A model generated the notes under the pieces. That model did not search any database and had not been told where the DNA came from. It saw only the letters and a list, made by a program, of their open reading frames with translations. A DNA stretch of 58,697 bases from Gammaproteobacteria bacterium (GTDB lineage: Bacteria; Pseudomonadota; Gammaproteobacteria; Steroidobacterales; Steroidobacteraceae): positions 1 to 58,697 of the forward strand of contig DAHVQK010000031.1 of the NCBI GenBank assembly GCA_027317845.1. Reading direction: 5' to 3'. Position 1 is the stretch's first letter, and each line of letters opens with the position of its first letter. Positions 40,685 through 51,527 of the stretch are shown one piece after another. The position numbers were made by a program, and so were the translations under genes.

Positions 40685-42061
40685 TCAACGCGTCAGCCAG
40701 CCTCGGGAGCGCACCGTGGCGACCGCGTACGGAAAGATCCAGAAGAGCGCCAGGGAAGAGAAGTACGCGTAGAGCACGCCGTAGAGAAAGTGAAAGGAAC
40801 GCTCGCTGCGCAGGTAGTACAGGACGTGGAAGAGCGAAGCGGTGCCCACGGTAGCGAACATCGGCGCGGTGATCGTCGGGTCCTGCGCGATGACGAGCGG
40901 CAGCAGGCCCATGCTGGTGTAGGCCATGACCTGGCCGATGTTGGTGACGAGCCGATCGAACAATGACATGAGGCGTGTCGGCCACGGCCGCTTCCAGAGG
41001 ATGCGGGCGAAGCGGATTTCCTCGCGTACGTAGGAGCGGTTCCACCGCAACAGCATTTTGCACAGCTTCGAGTAGGCGTTCGGGACCAGCGTGTGCACGA
41101 TCGCCGTGCGTTGATAGACCGCATCGTAGCCCTGATCGAACAGGTAGTTGGTCATCGCGCGATCTTCGCCGAAGGTGCATCGCGAGCCGAGGAATTCCTG
41201 GTGGGTCCAGCGCTCGAGCACCTGGCGTACGGCCGATGCCCGCAGACCGGTGAGCGCGCCCGGGCAGCAGTACACGTTGCGATAGACGGATTCCGCCGCG
41301 CGCAGCATGTCGAAGGAGACGATGAACCGCACATGCAGCATCCGCGGGATCAGTCCGTGTGCCCGGTTGTAGACCATCACCTTGCCGGCCACGGCGCCGA
41401 CGCGCGGATCGCGGAAAGGCCCGGCCAGGGCGAGCAGCGCGGGCCGCTCGATGACGCTGTCGGAATCGATCGTGGCGAGGATTTCGCCGCGCGCGCGGGA
41501 AAAGCCGAGCGCCAGCGCCTCGCGCTTGCCGCGATTGCGCTCATGGCGCAACGCGGTCACCAGCCCGGGGTGACGCTGCGCCGCCTGGGCGATGTAGGTC
41601 CAGGTGTCGTCCTTGCTGCCGTCATCGACGACCAGAATCTCGAGCCGGTCGTGCGGATAGTCCGCCTCGACCACCGACTCGATGGATTTGAGCACCATCG
41701 CGCCCTCGTTATAGGCCGGGATGACGACCGTCAGGCTCGGTGCCGACAGGGCGGTCGCAGGCGGCGCGGGGCGGTAGAGGATCCAGAGCAGGGTGCGGAC
41801 GACGATGAGCAGGAAACCGCACGCAATCCAGAGGATGCCGGCATAGGCGAGAAAGTGGAGCTCGTGCCGCTTCATCGCCACGGCGAGCACGCGGGGCAGG
41901 ATGGCGTGAAACTGGAGGCGAGCGAGGACCACGATCCCGGCGAAGATGAGCGCGTAGATGAGCCACGCCCACGCCTGGCTCGGGCGGGTCTCCCCGCGGT
42001 CTGTGGGGTGTCCGGGCGCAAGGTCGCTCTGGAGATCGGTCCGCTGATATTGGACGCGCAT
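40685..42061 (-). CDS. Integral-membrane family 2 glycosyltransferase, hyaluronan/chitin-synthase (HasA/NodC)-like
   Basis: N- and C-terminal TM clusters flank a GT2 core: VVIPAYNE, VVDDGSKDDT, TIDSDS, CCPGAL, GEDR, and LRWNRSYVRE (compare QxxRW-xKS-fRE of class I HAS). The start is at internal ATG 42061. Confidence 0.8.
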   Translation of the reverse strand: MRVQYQRTDLQSDLAPGHPTDRGETRPSQAWAWLIYALIFAGIVVLARLQFHAILPRVLAVAMKRHELHFLAYAGILWIACGFLLIVVRTLLWILYRPAPPATALSAPSLTVVIPAYNEGAMVLKSIESVVEADYPHDRLEILVVDDGSKDDTWTYIAQAAQRHPGLVTALRHERNRGKREALALGFSRARGEILATIDSDSVIERPALLALAGPFRDPRVGAVAGKVMVYNRAHGLIPRMLHVRFIVSFDMLRAAESVYRNVYCCPGALTGLRASAVRQVLERWTHQEFLGSRCTFGEDRAMTNYLFDQGYDAVYQRTAIVHTLVPNAYSKLCKMLLRWNRSYVREEIRFARILWKRPWPTRLMSLFDRLVTNIGQVMAYTSMGLLPLVIAQDPTITAPMFATVGTASLFHVLYYLRSERSFHFLYGVLYAYFSSLALFWIFPYAVATVRSRGWLTR

Positions 42062-42241
42062 GGAAGGGTTTCCGCTACCGGTGCAAGGGGCCCCATTCCT
42101 CCGGCCCGGTCGTATGCCTCTCGGGCGACCCGGCGCGCTGGAGATGGGGGGATGTGGATCTGGGTCTTGGCGTAGCAACCCATGTGGGACAATGGCCGGG
42201 GAGCGCGGTTCCATGCTGCCGCAGCGGCCTCAGCGACAGGC

Positions 42242-42269
42242 GGCAAAGGGGCTTCCCGCCCCCTCTGCC
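42242..42269 (-). terminator. Hairpin downstream of the PLP-enzyme gene
   Basis: The minus-strand RNA GGCAGAGGGG-gcgggaag-CCCCUUUGCC forms a 10-bp stem with one G-U pair, 57 nt after the stop. No U tract. Confidence 0.35.
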
Positions 42270-42325
42270 GCACGGTAGAGGCTCAGGCGAAGCTCGGCGC
42301 CGTGTCTCGAGTGTCCCGGGCGACC

Positions 42326-44143
42326 TCAAGCCCGGCAGCGTGCCGCGATCCAGCGCCGGTGCACATCGGTGTAGACGTCCTGGTAGATGGCGTTGGCGGT
42401 TTCCCGGCCCGGGAACCCCTCGATGAACGCCGGGGCGGTGTCGCCGGCGGCGAGCTCGGCCGCGCGGCGCATGTGTTCGAGCAGATAGCGCGGATCCTCG
42501 TCGCCGACCGAGATGCGCAACGTGGTCGGGGTGATCCCCGCCCGGGCGAGCGCCTCCTCCGACATCTCCGAGTGGCTGGTGAGCGCCGGGCAGAGCACGA
42601 TCGTATTGGTTTGACCGAGAGTGACCTGCAGACCGAACGCCGGCTCCAGGCTGTCGAGCAAGCGCTTCAGGCGCCTTCTGTCCAGGCGGTCGGGGTTGCG
42701 TGCCGTGCCTTCGAAGTCAATGGTGAACAGCGGTGCCGGCAATCCGAGCGTCATCAGTTTCTCGCGCAGCGCCCCATTGGGATGCCCGTCGACCGCTGAG
42801 CAGTGCACGTTGATCATGGGGTGCAGGGCGAGGCAGCGTGCCAGCACGATGGTGTTGATGCATTTCTGCAGAACGCGCAGCTCCATGGTGCGCATGCCGC
42901 TCAACACCTCGAATGCCTTGTCGGCATCGAGGAAGGCGCCCTTCACGTAGTACACGTTCCAGAACATGGTCTCGTCCCAGGGGTACTCCCGCTCGCGGCC
43001 GTCGTGGCCGGTGGCGCGGACGGCCTGCCCCTTGGGCAGGAACATGCGCTCGGTGCGGCCGATGACCACGCCCGCGGTGGTGTTGCCGGAACCGCAGATA
43101 TCCTTAGTGTAGGAGTGGATGAGAAAATCGGGGCGCTCGAGGCGCATCTCGCGCTGCAGGAGTTTCTGCAGCACCGGCGTACCCACCGTGGCGTCACAGA
43201 TGACGGTCAGCCCCTTGGCGTGCGCGATCCGGCAGATGCCGGGGACATCGAGCACATTGCCGTGCGGATTGCAGGGAGACTCGAGGTAGATGTAGATCTG
43301 CCGCCCTTGCTGCAGGCGATCGGCGTACCGGCGCTCGATGTCCATCAAGCACGCATCGAAGGCTTCCCGCCCCTCGCCATCGAACCATTCCACCGCGACA
43401 TTGAGATTGCTGCGCTTGCCGTACCAGTCGTGCAGCAGCTGGTAGGTGCCGCCGTAGACATTGCGGCTGGCGAGCACGATGTCCTCGTAGCCGACCAGGT
43501 GGGCGAGCGTGGCGTCGATCGCGGCCATCCCGGAGTTGAAGTTCCAGGCAAAGTAGTCGCGCGCCTCGGGGCCGGCCTCCAAGTCCACGATGTGGTTCGC
43601 GAGGCAGATGGAGGTCGGGTTCAGGAGGCGTGAGTAGATCTGGTGCAGCAGCTCCTTGCCCTGGAAGGCGTCCTCCACCCATTCCGCGCAGGCGTACACG
43701 TAGGTCGCGGTCCGGGCGATCACCGGAGTCGCGCTGAAGAGCGCCGTCACGTTGTCGAACAGCGGGTACGGCCCCTTGGCCACGACGGTGGCGGAGTCGT
43801 CCATGATCGACTGGTAGGTCGCGCGCAGCGGGTTCTGCAGCGTATCGAGCACCTTGGCGAGCTGGAAGCATGCGAAGCGCTTGGCGTTGAACCAGGCGAT
43901 ACGGTCACGCCGGTCGAGCCCGGCGAGGGTCTCGCTGGTGAGCCGCCAGGCGTCCTGGGCGGCGCCGTTGGCCTCGAACAGGGCGCGCGACAATCGCGAG
44001 AGCGTCTGGCCGTGCGCAGACTCGGAGTCGATGCCGAAATGCTCGAGCTGCTCGCGCACCAGTCCGTCCACGGAGCGGGCTTCGGTGGAGTGGCGCAGCG
44101 GGCTCAACTGGACCGCGCTCGGGAAGAGATTTTGCTGGGACAT
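42326..44143 (-). CDS. Cys/Met-metabolism (CGS/CBL/MGL) family PLP-dependent enzyme, atypically long (~605 aa)
   Basis: YSRLLNPT, SGMAAIDA, YGGTY and the PLP-lysine context HSYTKDICG, with C-terminal RISVGDED. Extra N-terminal, internal and C-terminal segments are present. The start is at internal ATG 44143. Confidence 0.8.
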   Translation of the reverse strand: MSQQNLFPSAVQLSPLRHSTEARSVDGLVREQLEHFGIDSESAHGQTLSRLSRALFEANGAAQDAWRLTSETLAGLDRRDRIAWFNAKRFACFQLAKVLDTLQNPLRATYQSIMDDSATVVAKGPYPLFDNVTALFSATPVIARTATYVYACAEWVEDAFQGKELLHQIYSRLLNPTSICLANHIVDLEAGPEARDYFAWNFNSGMAAIDATLAHLVGYEDIVLASRNVYGGTYQLLHDWYGKRSNLNVAVEWFDGEGREAFDACLMDIERRYADRLQQGRQIYIYLESPCNPHGNVLDVPGICRIAHAKGLTVICDATVGTPVLQKLLQREMRLERPDFLIHSYTKDICGSGNTTAGVVIGRTERMFLPKGQAVRATGHDGREREYPWDETMFWNVYYVKGAFLDADKAFEVLSGMRTMELRVLQKCINTIVLARCLALHPMINVHCSAVDGHPNGALREKLMTLGLPAPLFTIDFEGTARNPDRLDRRRLKRLLDSLEPAFGLQVTLGQTNTIVLCPALTSHSEMSEEALARAGITPTTLRISVGDEDPRYLLEHMRRAAELAAGDTAPAFIEGFPGRETANAIYQDVYTDVHRRWIAARCRA

Positions 44144-44312
44144 GGTCGCTCTCCAGTGCGGCGCGACAATAATGATGGGCGCCATTCTGCCACCGCGGAG
44201 CCGCGTGGGTGGGTGCAGAACCACCCGTGCGGTCGGTGGTTTTTGAAAGGCTCCGTTCAAAATCCGCGGGGAAGCCGGGTCCGTCGGTCCCCGGGGCGCG
44301 CCGGGGGGCCGA

Positions 44313-45005
44313 TCAGGCGGAGGATCGGGGGTGGGACCGATCGCGCCACCAGAGCGCGGTGGCCGCGAGCAACGGCAGGAGCTGTAAGGCGAGCGGGACG
44401 AGCACGTCGCGCCGAAAGGCCGGCCGGGGGAAGGCGTAGGTCCGTCGGTAGAGCTCGGCCAGCGCCGGGTGGGTGGCCCGCTCCATCCACGCCACTCCCG
44501 ACACCGTGTAAGTCAGCGCCAGCGCGGTGGCAAACAGGGCAAACGCGCCGTGGCGAGCGCGCGCGAGGCGCCAGGTGGCGGCCAGGAACAACAGGCCGGC
44601 CGCGATCCACAGGGCGAGTTGCCAGCTCGGCGTGGCATTCATGAGCGGGATGAATCGCGGGTAATGATCGCCCGGGAGCAGCCCGCCGAGCAGGTCGTCG
44701 ATGCGCAGCCAGCGCACGCGCCAGGCGATGATCAAGATTGGCGCGAAGAACATGCCAAGGGCCTGGCAGAGGGTGAGCAGCGCCAGGCCCCAGGTCGCGA
44801 TACCCGTGTCGAGGAGCGCGGCCGCTCGCTCAGTGGCTGAGGCCAGGAGCGCTCCGACGGCCCATCGGAGCGCCGCGCGATCCCCGTCGATGTGCTGCAC
44901 TTCGCTGCACATCGCCTCGCCCCAGGAGGCCCGATCGCGGGGCAGGAGGCGGGCAGCGCAGCGCACCAGGCTCAGAGCCCATCGCCGTCGCAGTGAATGG
45001 CTCAT
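44313..45005 (-). CDS. Membrane protein co-translated with the PadR regulator
   Basis: ATGA overlap with the padR stop. A cytoplasmic N-terminal segment (RDRASWGEAMCSEVQHI) is followed by ~5 TM helices. Confidence 0.6.
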   Translation of the reverse strand: MSHSLRRRWALSLVRCAARLLPRDRASWGEAMCSEVQHIDGDRAALRWAVGALLASATERAAALLDTGIATWGLALLTLCQALGMFFAPILIIAWRVRWLRIDDLLGGLLPGDHYPRFIPLMNATPSWQLALWIAAGLLFLAATWRLARARHGAFALFATALALTYTVSGVAWMERATHPALAELYRRTYAFPRPAFRRDVLVPLALQLLPLLAATALWWRDRSHPRSSA

Positions 45006-45313
45006 GCCGGAGTCTCCATCGGGCGGGCCGGCTCCGGTGCGTGGTGCGCCGCCTCGTGTTCGCGCGCCAGGGCCGCACCCGCCGAAGTCAACCGATACAG
45101 ATGCCTCGGGGGGCGTCCCGGTTGCCTCGTGGGCTGCCACTGCGATTCCAGGAAGCCCTGCGCCTCCAGGCGCATGAGCAGCGGATAGAGCGTCCCGGAC
45201 TTCAGTCGGGTCTCCTTGGACAGCTCATACCCGTGGCGCCACGAGCGCGGCTTCCCCGCCAGGACCGCAAGCAGCGCCCGTGTCTGGGCAGAGGTGTTAG
45301 GCGGACGGGCCAT
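45002..45313 (-). CDS. PadR family transcriptional regulator
   Basis: Winged-helix pattern HGYELSKETRLKSGTLYPLLMRLEAQGFLES...RHLYRLTSAG. Confidence 0.85.
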   Translation of the reverse strand: MARPPNTSAQTRALLAVLAGKPRSWRHGYELSKETRLKSGTLYPLLMRLEAQGFLESQWQPTRQPGRPPRHLYRLTSAGAALAREHEAAHHAPEPARPMETPA

Positions 45314-45321
45314 GGCTGGAT

Positions 45322-45335
45322 TCTACATATGTAGA
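45322..45335. promoter_or_regulatory. Perfect 14-bp palindrome, candidate PadR operator in the divergent promoter region
   Basis: TCTACATATGTAGA contains the ACAT/ATGT half-sites seen in PadR operators and lies 8 nt upstream of the padR ATG. It overlaps -10-like hexamers on both strands (TAGAAT minus, TAGAGT plus). Confidence 0.5.
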
Positions 45336-45401
45336 GTAACGCCTGCAAGGGAGCTCGTGAAGGCGCGCCGCGTGCCGGAAGCCGGTAGGATCCGGCCGCG
45401 T

Positions 45402-46619
45402 ATGACCCGCGCATTCGCCTTCAGGCTCCTGCTCACGGTTCTCGCCGTCACGTCCATCGTGGTTGCGGAGGCGCGCCTGATCGGCCTGTGGACGGGCGCC
45501 GAGCTGCCGGTGAATGTCGTGCACGCGCCGAGCGGCTTGTGGGTCGTACGGCCACTCGACGATGTCCCCTTGCCGTCTCCCTTGCGGGACGGCGATGTTC
45601 TCGTCCTCAAGGACATGACGAGAGCGGCGCGCGTGGCCGGCGAATTTGGGTTCGCCATGCCCGCCGGTATCTCGTTCGAGTTTCCGGTCATCCAGGAAGG
45701 GCGCCTCGTGTACGCGTCCGTCGTGACTCGCGTGACGAAATCGTCGGCGTTGGAGCGCGGTGGCCAGTGGCTGAACGCCCTTTTCGTGGTGCCGCTGTTG
45801 GCGGCACTCGCCTTGCTCCCGCTCTGGCGGGGCCGTGGCCGGGCAAGCGGCAGACTGTGCGCATTCTCGATGTTCGCTCTCGTGGGCACCGCCATGAGCA
45901 GCGCGGTGATGAGGCCTCTGCTGGGTTTCTGGTTGAACGAGACGCTCTATCTCTCGCAGTTCCTGGTGGGTTTTCCAGCCTTGTACGTAATGGCCGAGGC
46001 GTTGGCGGAGAGCGGTCTTTCGCGGCGCATGCTGCGCATGACTCGCTTCGCGTTCGTGGGGATCGATCTCGCGGCCGTCGCCACGGCTGCGACGGCCACC
46101 TTCGGGTTCGTCTACGGCGGCCTGAGCCTTCCGCGTGCGCTCGATACGCTGCTCCCCCTGTTGCTCGCCTCGCTCTTGATCTCGCTCGCTCTGTTGGTGC
46201 TCTTTGCCGGCTATCGCAAGGCGGATCACGAAAGCCGGCTGAGGATCCGTTGGGTCCTGTGGAGCACGGCGGTGTTTCTGGTCGTGGTGATCGGTCTGCT
46301 GGGGATCTCGGCGAACCGCCATCCGTATCTGTTCCAGGCGGTGCACTCGATGCAGTGGCTCGTGCTGCTCGGATACTTCTATGCGGCGTTTCGCAAAAGG
46401 CTGACCGGCGCAGTCATCTGCCACCCGCGCGACGGAGAGCAGTTCGCGCCGGACGTGCGGGCCGCGTTGGTCGAGGCGGCTCGGAACCTCGGCATGTCAC
46501 TCTACGTGCTGCGATACCGCGAGCAGGCGCGCTTGCTGGCGGATGTGGCCGCCGGTCGCATGGACCTGGTCGCCGCTCGCAGCCGCGCCTCGGAGTCGAT
46601 TCCCGGCGCGGTGGCTTGA
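45402..46619 (+). CDS. Multi-pass membrane sensor-like protein without a recognisable output domain
   Basis: Signal/TM segment, a ~110-aa extracytoplasmic segment, then ~7 TM helices ending in FYAAFRKRL. A 70-aa soluble tail follows. The start is at internal ATG 45402. Confidence 0.5.
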   Translation: MTRAFAFRLLLTVLAVTSIVVAEARLIGLWTGAELPVNVVHAPSGLWVVRPLDDVPLPSPLRDGDVLVLKDMTRAARVAGEFGFAMPAGISFEFPVIQEGRLVYASVVTRVTKSSALERGGQWLNALFVVPLLAALALLPLWRGRGRASGRLCAFSMFALVGTAMSSAVMRPLLGFWLNETLYLSQFLVGFPALYVMAEALAESGLSRRMLRMTRFAFVGIDLAAVATAATATFGFVYGGLSLPRALDTLLPLLLASLLISLALLVLFAGYRKADHESRLRIRWVLWSTAVFLVVVIGLLGISANRHPYLFQAVHSMQWLVLLGYFYAAFRKRLTGAVICHPRDGEQFAPDVRAALVEAARNLGMSLYVLRYREQARLLADVAAGRMDLVAARSRASESIPGAVA

Positions 46620-46646
46620 GACGGACGACCGGCTGCGGGCCGGCCG

Positions 46647-50140
<3,494 letters not shown>

Positions 50141-50195
50141 CCGGATCGCCAGCCACCCCGGAACCGGCCAACCCTGCGGAACTTGCACATCCCAG

Positions 50196-51290
50196 CTAGA
50201 GACGCATGGGCATGACCACGTACCGCGCCTGCGTGAGGCCCGGTGCACGGATCAGGCAACTGCTATTGGAGTCGGTCAGCGCCAGCTCCACCTGGTCCGT
50301 CTCGATGGCGCTCAATGCATCGAGCAGATAGCTCACGTTGAAGCCAATTTCCATCTCATCGCCCGCGTAGCTCACCTCGATCTGATCCTCGGCTTCCTCG
50401 TGCTCCGGGTTATGCGCTTGCAACGTCAGCATGTCCGGCTTTACCGCGACCCGGATGCCCCGGTATTTCTCGTTGGACAGAATGGCCGTTCTCTGAAGGG
50501 CCTGCCGAAGCAATTCCCGGTCCGCCTGTGCCACCTTGGGTGGATTATCCGGAATGACACGCCCATATTCCGGGAAACGACCATCGATCAGCTTCGAAGT
50601 GAACCGAATCTCGCCGATCTGGGCTCGAACATGATTCGTACCGATCGCCAGCTCGATATTCCCTTCCGTACCCAGAATGCGCTGCAGCTCGAGCACCGCC
50701 TTGCGCGGCACGATGACCTGTCCGGTCCGCGAGGGCTCCCCCAGCGTCATCTCGCACAGCGCCAGCCGATGTCCATCGGTCGCCACCGCACGCAGGGTAT
50801 TTCCCTCGGTCTCGAGCAGCAGACCATTGAGGTAATAGCGCACATCCTGCTGCGCCATGGAAAAGTGCGTCTTATCGATCACCCGCCGGAATTCGCCCTG
50901 GGGCAGGGTCAAAGTCTGCTGCGCGTGAATCTCCTCGAGCACCGGAAACTCCGACGCCGGCAAGGTCGCGAGCGTGAACCGGCTTCGCCCCGCGCGCACC
51001 GTGACGCGCTCACCTTCGGTGGACAGCGCGATGTCCACCCCACTCGGCAGAGCCCGCAGGATATCCAGGAACTTGCGGCCCGGAACCGTCACATCCCCCG
51101 GCATTTCCACGTGGACCTGCGTGGCCGCCACCAGCTCCACCTCCAGATCCGTGCCCGTCATGCTGAGGCGCTTCTCGCGCGCCGAGAGCAGTACATTGGC
51201 CAGCACCGGCATAGTCTGACGCCGCTCGACCACACCGATCACGCTCTGCAGGGGGGCAAGAAGATCCTCGCGCTTCGCCGTCAGCTTCAT
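50196..51290 (-). CDS. dnaN: DNA polymerase III beta sliding clamp
   Basis: Full-length DnaN match (MKLTAKREDLLAPLQSV...MPMRL). Confidence 0.95.
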   Translation of the reverse strand: MKLTAKREDLLAPLQSVIGVVERRQTMPVLANVLLSAREKRLSMTGTDLEVELVAATQVHVEMPGDVTVPGRKFLDILRALPSGVDIALSTEGERVTVRAGRSRFTLATLPASEFPVLEEIHAQQTLTLPQGEFRRVIDKTHFSMAQQDVRYYLNGLLLETEGNTLRAVATDGHRLALCEMTLGEPSRTGQVIVPRKAVLELQRILGTEGNIELAIGTNHVRAQIGEIRFTSKLIDGRFPEYGRVIPDNPPKVAQADRELLRQALQRTAILSNEKYRGIRVAVKPDMLTLQAHNPEHEEAEDQIEVSYAGDEMEIGFNVSYLLDALSAIETDQVELALTDSNSSCLIRAPGLTQARYVVMPMRL

Positions 51291-51527
51291 AGGTCTTGTC
51301 TTCTGTTCTTGAGATTTAAGAATTCAGATTGTAGTGATGATTAGCCCTGTGGATTACGGTGATAGGAAATCTTCCGCCATCCAATCAGAGACTTGAGCGT
51401 TGCCGGACCGCCTCCGTTCCGCGGGATCACCTGCGCAAGAACTGTGGGTGGCCTGTGCGTAACTTTATCCCCATCGTCGCCCACCGGTAATCCACAAAGA
51501 CATCCACAAGGAAATCCACAGACTTGT
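51291..51527. other. Candidate chromosomal replication origin (oriC) in the dnaA-dnaN spacer
   Basis: Five DnaA-box-like 9-mers lie at 51348-51356 (inverted), 51465-51473, 51488-51496, 51500-51508 and 51512-51520. An AT-rich tract lies at 51311-51344. Confidence 0.55.
51488..51520 (+). repeat. Three direct DnaA-box-like 9-mers with exact 12-bp phasing
   Basis: TAATCCACAaag ACATCCACAagg AAATCCACA, against the consensus TTATCCACA. It ends 7 nt from the dnaA stop codon. Confidence 0.7.

Noticed and set aside
38960-40966. 668-aa plus-strand ORF. Similar long ORFs were noticed at 3047-4336, 10710-12260, 12257-13411, 29107-30570, 32246-33745, 41093-42175, 45297-46424, 47961-49121 and 50046-51344.
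   Set aside because: Each is antisense to a gene with strong family motifs and has low-complexity, Arg/His/Asp/Gly-rich translations. They are GC-driven artefacts and I do not treat them as overlapping genes.
42062-42325. The 264-nt leader upstream of the GT2 synthase, examined for a c-di-GMP (GEMM-type) riboswitch
   Set aside because: Only scattered short resemblances are present (ACGCCAAGAC, CCGGTAGCGG). I could not find the conserved GGCAAA/ACGCAAAGC junctions or the paired-helix layout. A covariance-model search would be needed, so I make no call.
44255-44265. GTTCAAAATCC, which resembles a tRNA T-loop
   Set aside because: There is no matching acceptor stem, D-arm or anticodon arm in the flanking sequence. 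I found no tRNA genes anywhere in the window by eye.
44144-44312. The leader upstream of the Cys/Met-family PLP gene, examined for SAM or SAH riboswitch features
   Set aside because: It contains generic GC hairpins (GGGTGG/CCACCC, GGCGC/GCGCC) but no recognisable SAM-II, SAM/SAH or SAH consensus blocks. The hairpin with a T5 run (about 44219-44244) is oriented for the plus strand, where there is no upstream gene.
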